The notes below the pieces were generated by a model. The model worked only from the letters and a program-made list of their open reading frames with translations. It was not told the origin of the DNA and did no database searches. A stretch of DNA of 64,000 bases, taken from the NCBI GenBank assembly GCA_028820635.1, contig JAPPIG010000064.1, forward strand, positions 195,074 through 259,073, in the 5' to 3' direction. Source of the stretch: Candidatus Poribacteria bacterium (GTDB lineage: Bacteria > Poribacteria > WGA-4E > WGA-3G). How positions within the stretch are numbered: position 1 is the stretch's first letter; every line of letters starts with the position of its first letter. Shown in pieces: positions 38,249 through 47,323 of the stretch. A program made the translations under genes and the position numbers.

Positions 38249-41200
38249 ATGTCAGAGGAGAGGGAAATTAAGTTGAAGGCACAAGTAAATTTCATAAAAA
38301 TCAGTTGCATATTGATGTTGATTTTAGTCGGTAGTGTTGATGCACAACAGAATCTGGCACAAGAGGCTTACGCGATCTTTGAACAGTCGTGTCTAATATG
38401 TCATGGTGAAAATGGTTCCTACAGGGAATCGCTCATCATTGAGCATGCAGCACTCATTAAAGGTGGCACAGTTGTTCCCGGAAACCCTGATGCCTCCGTA
38501 TTCTTTCAACGACTCATTGAATCAAACGTTTCCAAACGGATGCCACTCGGACAACCACCGCTTGACTCCGAAGCAATTACGACGATTCGGCAATGGATTT
38601 TAGCAGGCGCCCCCGATTGGAGTGACACTCCCAGACCAAAACCCGACTTCATTACAAACGGGACGATGCTCGGAACAATTGAAAATCACGTCAACTCACT
38701 CACACCGTTTGACCGTTCCTTCGCTCGCTATTTCACATTAACACATCTCTACAACGCAGGTGAGACAACTGAAGCACTCAACGCCTATCGGCGCGCCCTC
38801 TCAAAACTGATTAATAGCCTCTCTTGGGGACGCCAAGTTGTCAAACCGCAGCCGATTGATGCAGAACAAACTATTTTCTATATTGACCTGCGCGACTACG
38901 AATGGGATGTCCGAAACGATGCATGGACACAGATTGAGCAGGCATACCCTTACAAAATGACGTTTGATGCCCCAACACAAACACATCTCCACGAAAAACT
39001 GACGACCCTACAGCAAGAGATGAACTGTGAAGTGCCGTTTGTCCATATAGATTGGTTTCTTGCGACTGCCTCGCTACCACCGCTCTACCATGACATTCTC
39101 GCGTTGCCCAAAACAGACCGTGAATTAGAGGCATCACTTGAGGTGTTCGTTACCGAAAACCTCCTAAATGCACCGGGAAAACGCGTTTGGCGTGCAGGTT
39201 TCAACAATTCGGGTGTTTCAAGGCATAATCGCGTTGTTGAGCGTCACATATCACGGTATGGTGCATATTGGAAAAGTTATGACTTTGCGGGAAGTGCGGA
39301 ATCGCAGAATATCTTTACACATCCGCTTGATTTCATACATGACGGTGGCGAAATTATCTTTAACCTACCGAACGGTTTACAAGCATATTATCTTGTAGAT
39401 GGTGAAGGAAACCGTCTTGATGTAGCACCGACAGACATTGTTTCTAATCCCGCTGTCAGTGATCCTGCTGTGCGTAATGGACTTTCCTGCATTGGCTGCC
39501 ACACGGAAGGGATGAAGACGTTTGAAGACGAAGTGCGTGCTGCTGTTGAAGAAGCTGACAATCCACCTTTTAACAAAGATAGGGCTTTAAATCTCTATGT
39601 AGAAAGAGCAGTGATGGCTGATCTTGTAGCGGAGGATACGCAACGTTACAGGACAGCACTTGAAGCAGCAGGCGGTGTTTTTGGTGGTATTGAACCGGTC
39701 CAGCGATTCCATGAGGCGTTTCAAGGTCCGCTTGATGCTGCACACGCTGCAGCTGCGGTTGGATTTGAAACGGAGGTGTTTCTTGAAAAAATCAGCGAGA
39801 ATGTGAGTTTACAAAACTTATTAGGCACACAAATATTAGAAAACAGCACCGTCAAACGAGATACATGGACGTATCATTTTGAGAAAGTGATCTCGCTCCT
39901 GAATACGCCAGATACAATACTTCCACCCGTTGAACAACGCCCTGAGCGTATTCCTGGTGCCACTGTTCACATCCCCGATGCACAGCTACGAGCATCGATT
40001 GAGAAGAAACTCGGCAAAGCGTCCGGGGACCCAATTACGATAAAGGAAATGAAAAATCTTCCACAAAGGTACACGCTTCCAATAGATATACATACATCAG
40101 GAGTTGAAAATCTTGAGGGAATCCAATTCGCGACCAATTTACAACACTTATCTATTTCATACAGTTCAGTAACCGACCTATCACCACTGTCTGGACTTAC
40201 AAAATTGGAACGTCTATCTCTTCGCGAGATAGCCAGAGATAGAGCACCCAACGGTAGTATCCTTAAGCACCACAACCTTGATCTATCACCTTTAGAAGGA
40301 TTAACCAAATTAAAGTGGTTATATATTGTCAAAACCAGAATAGACGATCTTTCACCGCTTTCAAAGTTGAATAATTTGAGGGGCCTTACACTGTATGGTT
40401 GTCCCAATCTGCGCGGTTCTCCCGATAACATCTCTGACATATCACCCTTAGCCGCATTAACTAATTTGGGTGCTCTTAATCTGTCAAATAACAACATCTC
40501 TGACATATCACCCTTAGCCGCATTAACTAATTTGGGTGCTCTTTATCTATTTAACAACAACATCTCTGACATATCATCCTTATCCGCAATACCTCATAAT
40601 TTCTTTACGCTTGATCTGGGACAAAATAACATATCAGATATTTCGCCTCTGGCAAACATGCAAGGATTAAGAAAACTACTTTTAGATTCCAACAATATAT
40701 CAGATGTTACACCTCTGGCAAACTTACATCGATTAGAAGGACTACTAATACAGCATAATGACATATCCGACATATCGCCTCTGAACAAGTTACGCGAACG
40801 GACAAATAAGGTATTTTGGCACGACAACCCTGGTTTCCCGCAGGGAGGACCTGAAATGATAGACTCATGGGTATGGGGAGTCATCCCAGCAGAGGAAATC
40901 AAAGATCACTCTGACCCTGGCATACCTGGAGAAATTATTTATATAAATAGTCAGGTTAGCTTTGCCAGAGATGCGGATTTGCTTTTAGATGTAACTGATG
41001 GCTCGTTAAGCGAATTAGAGGTTGCTACTAACGGGGCAATCGTGGGAAATCCTGTTGTCGGAGAACACGTATGGACACCACACAAATTCAAACGTCCTCC
41101 CGGCGAATATGATGAAGATTTTTATACCCGTAGGCAAAACACTCTTAAAATACCGCCTTATGGTTGTGTCGTTTATGGTTCAGTTACCTTGTATTCACCT

Positions 41201-42538
41201 CGTGAACAACAGATAAATATGTTTGACTCAAGTGCGGAAGGGCATAAAATCTGGCTTAATGGGGAGTTAGTTCGTGACTGGAGAATTCCAGTGCATCTAA
41301 CGGCATGGACTAATGGTAGGAATTCGCAATGGGGTAGGTGGCTTCAATATCCTCTGGATTATACAGCGGTTTTTCCTGTTACGCTCAAACGTGGGCGAAA
41401 TGTCTTATTGATTGCGATGCGTCTGAAAAAACCAGGTGATCTTTGGGGCCATTTCGGATTTGAACCTGACGCGGAATATACGTTATCAAAAGGCATCGGA
41501 TACGCCTTATCTCAAGATAATATCTTCGCGGGTGATACTTTTACCCTCACTCTTAATGCTGAAAACCTGATCGATTTAGCGGGATGGCAAGCGGATATAG
41601 CGTTTGACCCGAATATGCTTGAAGCGGTTGAAGTTACCGAAGGTGATTTCTTGAAGCAGGATAACGGAAATACCTACTTCCAAGCTGGTACGATTGATAA
41701 CACAGCGGGCAAAATTACAGGACTCTTGTCGGCACGGAGCACACAAAATGGTGTCAGTGGTATAGGGCACCTACTTTACGTAACATTCATCGCAAAAGCA
41801 ACTGGTGAAACCAAAGTAACACTGGAGAACTACGAATTCGGGTCGAGCACGGGGGCAATTATACCATCTGCATCACCAAATATAATACTTGCCGTAGAAG
41901 CTGTAGAAAAATATTCTAAATGGGATATAAATCAGGATGAACAAATCGACATTCTTGATCTGGTGCTTGTCGCACAGGACTTAGGGGCAGATACTCCGGC
42001 TAATGAACGAACCGACGTAAATGGCGACGGTGTCATCAATATCCAAGACATTATTCTTGTGGGGCAACACATCAATGAAACAGAAACCGCTGCTGCACCA
42101 CCTATACTTGCAATAGATGACGAAGAACTCATGCCTGATCTGGTCCAAACATGGATAGATCAAGCACAGGCTGAAAACGACGGTTCGCTTGCTTTCCGAC
42201 AAGGTATAGAGAATCTTGAGAGGCTATTAGCATCACTAATTCCTGAAAAAACAGCACTGCTCGTAAACTATCCGAATCCGTTTAATCCGGAGACGTGGAT
42301 ACCGTATCACCTCGCCAAACCTGCAGAGGTTACTTTGAAAATCTATGCTGCGAACGGTGCGGTTGTTCGGACATTGGCATTAGGGCATCAGGCAGCGGGT
42401 ATCTATCAGAGTCGTAGCCGTGCAGCGCATTGGGATGGCAGAAACAGTGTTGGTGAGTCTGTGGCAAGCGGAATCTATTTCTATATGTTAACCGCAGATG
42501 ACTTCACCGCAACACGCAAAATGTTAATTCTGAAATAA
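38249..42538 (+). CDS. giant secreted mosaic protein: PSCyt1-type cytochrome-c module, LRRs, cohesin-like module, dockerin, T9SS C-terminal sorting domain
   Basis: Signal peptide. FEQSCLICHGENG...VPGNPDASVFFQRL...MP matches the Planctomycete cytochrome C (PSCyt1) pattern, with a second CIGCH motif. About 12 internalin-like 22-aa LRRs (NNISDISPLAALTNLGAL). A cohesin-like beta-sandwich (..LAGWQADIAFDPNMLEAVEV..). Dockerin repeats (DINQDEQIDILDL...DVNGDGVINIQDI). The C-terminus NYPNPFNPETWIPY...SGIYFYMLTA...KMLILK is a Por_Secre_tail-like T9SS sorting domain. Confidence 0.85.
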   Translation: MSEEREIKLKAQVNFIKISCILMLILVGSVDAQQNLAQEAYAIFEQSCLICHGENGSYRESLIIEHAALIKGGTVVPGNPDASVFFQRLIESNVSKRMPLGQPPLDSEAITTIRQWILAGAPDWSDTPRPKPDFITNGTMLGTIENHVNSLTPFDRSFARYFTLTHLYNAGETTEALNAYRRALSKLINSLSWGRQVVKPQPIDAEQTIFYIDLRDYEWDVRNDAWTQIEQAYPYKMTFDAPTQTHLHEKLTTLQQEMNCEVPFVHIDWFLATASLPPLYHDILALPKTDRELEASLEVFVTENLLNAPGKRVWRAGFNNSGVSRHNRVVERHISRYGAYWKSYDFAGSAESQNIFTHPLDFIHDGGEIIFNLPNGLQAYYLVDGEGNRLDVAPTDIVSNPAVSDPAVRNGLSCIGCHTEGMKTFEDEVRAAVEEADNPPFNKDRALNLYVERAVMADLVAEDTQRYRTALEAAGGVFGGIEPVQRFHEAFQGPLDAAHAAAAVGFETEVFLEKISENVSLQNLLGTQILENSTVKRDTWTYHFEKVISLLNTPDTILPPVEQRPERIPGATVHIPDAQLRASIEKKLGKASGDPITIKEMKNLPQRYTLPIDIHTSGVENLEGIQFATNLQHLSISYSSVTDLSPLSGLTKLERLSLREIARDRAPNGSILKHHNLDLSPLEGLTKLKWLYIVKTRIDDLSPLSKLNNLRGLTLYGCPNLRGSPDNISDISPLAALTNLGALNLSNNNISDISPLAALTNLGALYLFNNNISDISSLSAIPHNFFTLDLGQNNISDISPLANMQGLRKLLLDSNNISDVTPLANLHRLEGLLIQHNDISDISPLNKLRERTNKVFWHDNPGFPQGGPEMIDSWVWGVIPAEEIKDHSDPGIPGEIIYINSQVSFARDADLLLDVTDGSLSELEVATNGAIVGNPVVGEHVWTPHKFKRPPGEYDEDFYTRRQNTLKIPPYGCVVYGSVTLYSPREQQINMFDSSAEGHKIWLNGELVRDWRIPVHLTAWTNGRNSQWGRWLQYPLDYTAVFPVTLKRGRNVLLIAMRLKKPGDLWGHFGFEPDAEYTLSKGIGYALSQDNIFAGDTFTLTLNAENLIDLAGWQADIAFDPNMLEAVEVTEGDFLKQDNGNTYFQAGTIDNTAGKITGLLSARSTQNGVSGIGHLLYVTFIAKATGETKVTLENYEFGSSTGAIIPSASPNIILAVEAVEKYSKWDINQDEQIDILDLVLVAQDLGADTPANERTDVNGDGVINIQDIILVGQHINETETAAAPPILAIDDEELMPDLVQTWIDQAQAENDGSLAFRQGIENLERLLASLIPEKTALLVNYPNPFNPETWIPYHLAKPAEVTLKIYAANGAVVRTLALGHQAAGIYQSRSRAAHWDGRNSVGESVASGIYFYMLTADDFTATRKMLILK

Positions 42539-42796
42539 GTGGACAAGAGAAATTATACGTTGACGCATAACACAATCTTGTGTTATAACAAGCAGTGAGC
42601 ATCGCGGGATGTAAAAAAAACATTTTCAGGACAGACGCAAATTGAGCAGAAAAAGAAGATATTAGACTTAAAAAAGTTCGTCGCTATTTGGTATCTTAAC
42701 CTTCTAAATTCTCCAACCCTTCTTTATCCCCTATCAAGGAGTAGAGAGACTTTTGAACTGTCGCGTCTGTCCTACATTTTTTAAAAGGAGAACACC

Positions 42797-43063
42797 ATGC
42801 CATATTCTGATTATACCTCCGAAGCCATCGTCGCTCGCGGTGAGGAAATTTATCAACAGTTTCGTGACGAACTTGAATCTCAGTACAAAGGACAGTTTTT
42901 TGTGGTTGACATTAAAACGGAAGATTATGAAATCGCTAACGAGGATTTGGTCGCTACAGAACGCCTACTGGCCAAGCATCCTGATGCTGTCACTTACGGT
43001 TTGCAAATCGGCTTTGGAGCCGCCTATCGTCTCGGCTTTAGAATTTCGGTGCCGACACAATGA
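42797..43063 (+). CDS. small hypothetical protein (88 aa)
   Basis: Strong RBS AAAGGAG 6 nt upstream of the ATG. No recognisable catalytic motif. Contains KGQFFVVDIKTEDYEIANEDL...HPDAVTYGLQIG. Confidence 0.5.
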   Translation: MPYSDYTSEAIVARGEEIYQQFRDELESQYKGQFFVVDIKTEDYEIANEDLVATERLLAKHPDAVTYGLQIGFGAAYRLGFRISVPTQ

Positions 43064-43197
43064 TTAGACATTATAATGATTTAATTTGAATTAAGGTTTA
43101 CCGAGCGTCTTGGACCTCTTGAGTTCCGTAGAACGCTATGTTTATAGAGCGTATCTCATAAATAGGATTTGTTGGTTCATTATCAGTTGATTCTCTT

Positions 43198-43252
43198 TGT
43201 AGGAGGGAACTCCGATTCCCGACAGGTCGCGATTCGGAGATCGCTCCTACAG
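43198..43252. repeat. palindromic intergenic repeat element, copy 2 (arms B-A, tight loop)
   Basis: TGTAGGAGGGAACTCCGATTCCCGAC ag GTCGCGATTCGGAGATCGCTCCTACAG: same two arms as copy 1, in swapped order. Confidence 0.7.
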
Positions 43253-43334
43253 GATTTTGAAATCGGGCTTTCAAAGCCCTCCAACTATTTATGATAGGTT
43301 GTACATAAATGTTCATACGGAAGTAAAATTTAAC

Positions 43335-44648
43335 ATGGAATCGCACATAAACCTTATTCAAATTCGCAAATACACAATACGGACGTTAAGATACGTAACG
43401 ATACTTATCCTCTGTAGCGGATTAGGGCACATTTCCCATGCCAACCCTCCCAACGAATACTTCCAACGCGGCGTAAAATATTTTGAAGAAGGTCGTTATA
43501 GTAAGGCATTACAATCTTTTGACAAAGCCCTGCAATCTCAAACAGCAGATGCCGATCCTAATTGGTTTGCCGAAATTCATTTCCAAAAAGCAACCGCTTA
43601 CCGCGCGTTGGAGGAGCATGTGAAGGCTGTATCGGAATACAAGGCAGCGATCGCGCTCAACCAAAATTCTGCAGTTTTCTACAACGCACTCGGAATTACG
43701 CACTCGGAACTCAAGCAATATACTGCCGCACTTAATGCTTATAAGAAGGCATTACAGTTGTCCCCAATGACAGCAGAACCACACTATAATATCGGGTTGG
43801 TTTATCTGAAACAGGGAACTTTTCCGCTTGCTGTAGATGCGTTTAAAGAAGCGGTTACTATTGATGCAAAATGGTCAGATGCCCATAGCGGACTTGCTGA
43901 GGCATACTTAAAACAAGAGTTTCTTTCTCAAGCAGAAAAATCTTATGTGAAGGCAGTTCGTCTGAATCCAAGTGGAATCGGTGCGAATTTGGGTTTAGGT
44001 CAGGTATATGCTAAGCAGACACGGTATGATGACGCGATAACAAAGTTTAAGAAAGTTATTGATATCCAACATGATAACACGGATGCACACTATCAACTCG
44101 CCCAGATATATATCAAACTTGGGGAAAAAGAAAAAGCATCATCAGCAATGGAGTTTTTTAAAATTCTCCGCCACACTGATCCACTTCTTCAAAAAGCCCA
44201 GAAGTATGTCAAAATTCATCCAGATGATCCGAAAGGCTATAACAATCTCGGTATTGTTTACTTGACGCGCAAGCGGTATGACAAAGCAATTGAAAGCTAT
44301 AAACGCGCAATTTCACTGTCCCCTACTTTAGCCTCTTCCCACTACAATTTAGGACTTACCTATCACAAACAAGGAAATATAAAACTCGCAATTGAGGCAT
44401 ACCAAAAAGCAATCTCTGCAGATGCAACGCTTGCCATTGCCCATAATAATATCGCTGTTTGCTACACTGAATCGCAAGCGGATCTTGAAAAAGCACTATC
44501 CCACGCACAAACCGCCACTGACCTCGCGCCAACTGAGGCGAATTATTGGGATACGCTCGCCACTGTTTACACTCAGCTTGGATTAAACAGTGAAGCAAAA
44601 CATGCCCGCCAAAAGCAGATTTCCCTCCTAACTACGTCGAAAAAATGA
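43335..44648 (+). CDS. TPR-repeat protein with N-terminal signal/anchor
   Basis: About 10 TPR units (e.g. AEIHFQKATAYRALEEHVKAVSEYKAAIALNQ). The ORF-track start at 43257 abuts the repeat; the ATG at 43335 gives a hydrophobic N-terminus. Confidence 0.7.
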   Translation: MESHINLIQIRKYTIRTLRYVTILILCSGLGHISHANPPNEYFQRGVKYFEEGRYSKALQSFDKALQSQTADADPNWFAEIHFQKATAYRALEEHVKAVSEYKAAIALNQNSAVFYNALGITHSELKQYTAALNAYKKALQLSPMTAEPHYNIGLVYLKQGTFPLAVDAFKEAVTIDAKWSDAHSGLAEAYLKQEFLSQAEKSYVKAVRLNPSGIGANLGLGQVYAKQTRYDDAITKFKKVIDIQHDNTDAHYQLAQIYIKLGEKEKASSAMEFFKILRHTDPLLQKAQKYVKIHPDDPKGYNNLGIVYLTRKRYDKAIESYKRAISLSPTLASSHYNLGLTYHKQGNIKLAIEAYQKAISADATLAIAHNNIAVCYTESQADLEKALSHAQTATDLAPTEANYWDTLATVYTQLGLNSEAKHARQKQISLLTTSKK

Positions 44649-46345
44649 GATGTGTGTGTCACCTTCTACTATGCTTGACTTTCTTGAGTGCTCCCGCGTA
44701 TACAGAGGTTCAATTTGTTGATGTAACTACCACTGCGGGAATTGATTTTCAACACGTAGACGGTAGAACTGGTGAAAAATATCTTATTGAAACACTCGGT
44801 TCAGGTGCGCTTTTCTTTGATTTTAACCGTGATGGTAACCTTGACCTGTATATTGTTAACGCTGCACACACACCATCGCCTATACAAACAACAGAACCGT
44901 CCACAAATTCTGCTGATCTCCCGAAAAATTTGCTTTATCAGAACAATGGAGATGGCACTTTTACTGACATTACCGAAAAAGCAGGTGTTGGCGACACCGG
45001 ATATGGTGTTGGTTGTGCTGCTGCAGATATTAACAACGATGGCTATCCCGAAATATATATAACAAATTTTGGAGACAACCGCCTCTATTACAACAATGGT
45101 GATGGCACTTTTACTGACATCACCGAAAAGGCAGGTGTTGGCGATAAACGTTGGGGAACAGGTTGTGCTTTTCTGGATTATAACTTAGATGGATACGTAG
45201 ACCTCTATGTTGTTAACTATATGATATTTTCTACTGAGGGAAACCAAGGGTGGGAGTTACGTGGTACCCGTATCTATTGTAGCCCTGTGGATCAAATGGA
45301 TAACAGTCGTTTCAAGAGTGAACCAGATATTCTCTATCGTAATAACGGAGATGGCACTTTCACAGATGTCACCACTGCAGCAGGAATTACGCATCGCTCC
45401 CTTGGGCTTGCTGTCGCTGTTGGAGATTACGATAACGATGGCGACCCTGACTTACACATTGCTAACGATATGGAACCTGACCTACTATATGAAAATAATG
45501 GTGATGGGACTTTTACTGATGTTACAGACTTTACCGGGACAGGATATGACGAAAACGGTATCCCTGGTAGCGGCATGGGGAGCGCATTTGGGGATTATAA
45601 TAACGATGGATACTTTGATTTAGTTGTAAGCAATGCTTCTGCTCAACATGTAATCCTCTATCATAATGACAATGCTCAGTTTTTTACAGATGTATCCTTC
45701 TCTTCCGGCATCGGTGCGGTGACTCTACCATACTTTAAGTGGGCAGTTGATTTTTTAGATTACAACAATGATGGTCTTCAAGACATCTATGTTTCCAATG
45801 GACATCTTCAGGATACCATTGAACTTTTTTCGGATGCCACTTATGCACAAACAGACCTGCTATTCCAGAACAATCACCGAAACGGAAAACACACTTTTTC
45901 CGATGTTTCTGCCCGAGTCGGGTTAACACAACTGACCAAAATGGTAGGTAGAGGTGCAGCCTTTGGCGACTACGATAACGACGGGGATATTGATATTTTT
46001 CTGAATCACTCCAATCAACCTGCTAAACTTCTCCGCAACGATGGTGGAAATACTAACAATTGGACCGCTATTCACACTATCGGTACGCAAAGCAATGCAT
46101 CAGGGATCGGCACGAAAATTATTTTAAAATCAGATGCACTCTCACTTATTAAAGAGGTTCGTAGCGGTTCCAGCTATCTCTCACAGAACGATCTCCGCGT
46201 TCACTTTGGACTTGGAAAGAACACAAAGATTGACTCGCTTGAACTTCACTGGCCAAGTGGACATAAGGATAGGTTTTCTAATTTAAAAACAAATCAAATT
46301 CTTCGTATTAAAGAGGGACATGGACTTGTAAATACAACAAAGTGA
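44645..46345 (+). CDS. CRTAC1-family protein: FG-GAP/VCBS beta-propeller repeats plus C-terminal ASPIC/UnbV domain
   Basis: Repeated NGDGTFTDITEKAGVG...DINNDGYPEIY units; C-terminus VRSGSSYLSQNDLRVHFGLGKNTKIDSLELHWPSG (UnbV_ASPIC signature). Confidence 0.75.
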   Translation: MRCVCHLLLCLTFLSAPAYTEVQFVDVTTTAGIDFQHVDGRTGEKYLIETLGSGALFFDFNRDGNLDLYIVNAAHTPSPIQTTEPSTNSADLPKNLLYQNNGDGTFTDITEKAGVGDTGYGVGCAAADINNDGYPEIYITNFGDNRLYYNNGDGTFTDITEKAGVGDKRWGTGCAFLDYNLDGYVDLYVVNYMIFSTEGNQGWELRGTRIYCSPVDQMDNSRFKSEPDILYRNNGDGTFTDVTTAAGITHRSLGLAVAVGDYDNDGDPDLHIANDMEPDLLYENNGDGTFTDVTDFTGTGYDENGIPGSGMGSAFGDYNNDGYFDLVVSNASAQHVILYHNDNAQFFTDVSFSSGIGAVTLPYFKWAVDFLDYNNDGLQDIYVSNGHLQDTIELFSDATYAQTDLLFQNNHRNGKHTFSDVSARVGLTQLTKMVGRGAAFGDYDNDGDIDIFLNHSNQPAKLLRNDGGNTNNWTAIHTIGTQSNASGIGTKIILKSDALSLIKEVRSGSSYLSQNDLRVHFGLGKNTKIDSLELHWPSGHKDRFSNLKTNQILRIKEGHGLVNTTK

Positions 46346-46370
46346 ATACTATTTTACTGATACAAAAAGG

Positions 46371-46399
46371 TTGACAACTGGATTTAGATAGAGTATCAT
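46371..46399 (+). promoter_or_regulatory. candidate sigma70 promoter for the PhyH-family gene
   Basis: TTGACA at 46371-76, 17-nt spacer, TATCAT at 46394-99. Confidence 0.35.
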
Positions 46400-46471
46400 A
46401 ACACCAATATCATATTTGTATAAAACGAAAATTACAACAGATTTGAAATATTTTAGGGAGAGCACTAATCA

Positions 46472-47293
46472 ATGGCAATTACGGATGCAATGCCAGAACT
46501 CAAGCGTAAACTACAATTCTTCCCTGTTGAAAACGAAAACCCATCAACGTTGACACCTCAGCAAATCCAACACTTTAATGAAAACGGATTTATCAGTCCT
46601 TTAGACGTTTTCTCTGAAGCAGAAATCTCGCAACACCGTGCGTATTTTAACCAACTTATGGAAAAAGTTTTGGCGGACGGTGGAAACGGTTATTCCATTA
46701 ACGGATGGCATACACGTTGTGCTGGCATTCATGACCTCATTACTGAAGACAGAATACTGGATTATGTCCAAGACCTGCTTGGTGAAAACCTTATCTGTTG
46801 GGGGACTCACTACTTCTGCAAACTTCCTGGTGATGAAAAACAGGTAAGTTGGCATCAAGATGCGTCTTACTGGCCCCTCTCGCCAAGTAAAACCGTCACA
46901 GTATGGCTCGCAATTGATGATGCCTCCGTTGAAAACGGTGCGATGGCTGTTATTCCAAAATCACATTTACACGGACAGATTGCTTTTGAAAGAAGCGCAG
47001 CAGAGGAAAAGAATGTACTTGGTCAGACTGTTCATGAACCGGAACAATTTGGCGACGCGCCTGTGCCTTTTGAGATGAAAGCAGGGCAGCTTTCGTTGCA
47101 TTCGGATTTACTATTGCACGGTTCAGAACCAAACACATCAGACAGGCGGCGATGCGGTTTAACCATGCGATTTGTCCCACCAGAAGTCCAGGCATCGAAC
47201 AATTGGAACCAAAGGGCTATTATTGCCAGAGGCACTGATCCGAATAGGCATTGGGTTCACAACCCACGTCCTGCTGAGGATACCCTTCCGTAA
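46472..47293 (+). CDS. phytanoyl-CoA dioxygenase (PhyH) family Fe(II)/2-oxoglutarate oxygenase
   Basis: WHQDASYWPLSP ... VWLAIDDASVENGAMAVIPKSH ... HGSEPN: HxD...H facial triad of the PhyH family. Confidence 0.8.
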   Translation: MAITDAMPELKRKLQFFPVENENPSTLTPQQIQHFNENGFISPLDVFSEAEISQHRAYFNQLMEKVLADGGNGYSINGWHTRCAGIHDLITEDRILDYVQDLLGENLICWGTHYFCKLPGDEKQVSWHQDASYWPLSPSKTVTVWLAIDDASVENGAMAVIPKSHLHGQIAFERSAAEEKNVLGQTVHEPEQFGDAPVPFEMKAGQLSLHSDLLLHGSEPNTSDRRRCGLTMRFVPPEVQASNNWNQRAIIARGTDPNRHWVHNPRPAEDTLP

Positions 47294-47323
47294 CAGCAAT
47301 GGCTACCATGAATTTCCGTAAGT

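Noticed and set aside
40380-40600. Tandem near-identical ~60-bp DNA repeats inside the giant gene (…aacaacatctctgacatatcacccttagccgcattaactaatttgggtgctct…)
   Set aside because: These are the coding repeats for adjacent LRR units (NNISDISPLAALTNLGAL), not a CRISPR or VNTR locus. They could nonetheless promote repeat-number variation.
42753-43067. 104-aa ORF overlapping the 88-aa gene in another frame
   Set aside because: No RBS, and the sequence is low-complexity and hydrophobic. The overlapping 42797..43063 frame has a textbook RBS and a globular-looking sequence.
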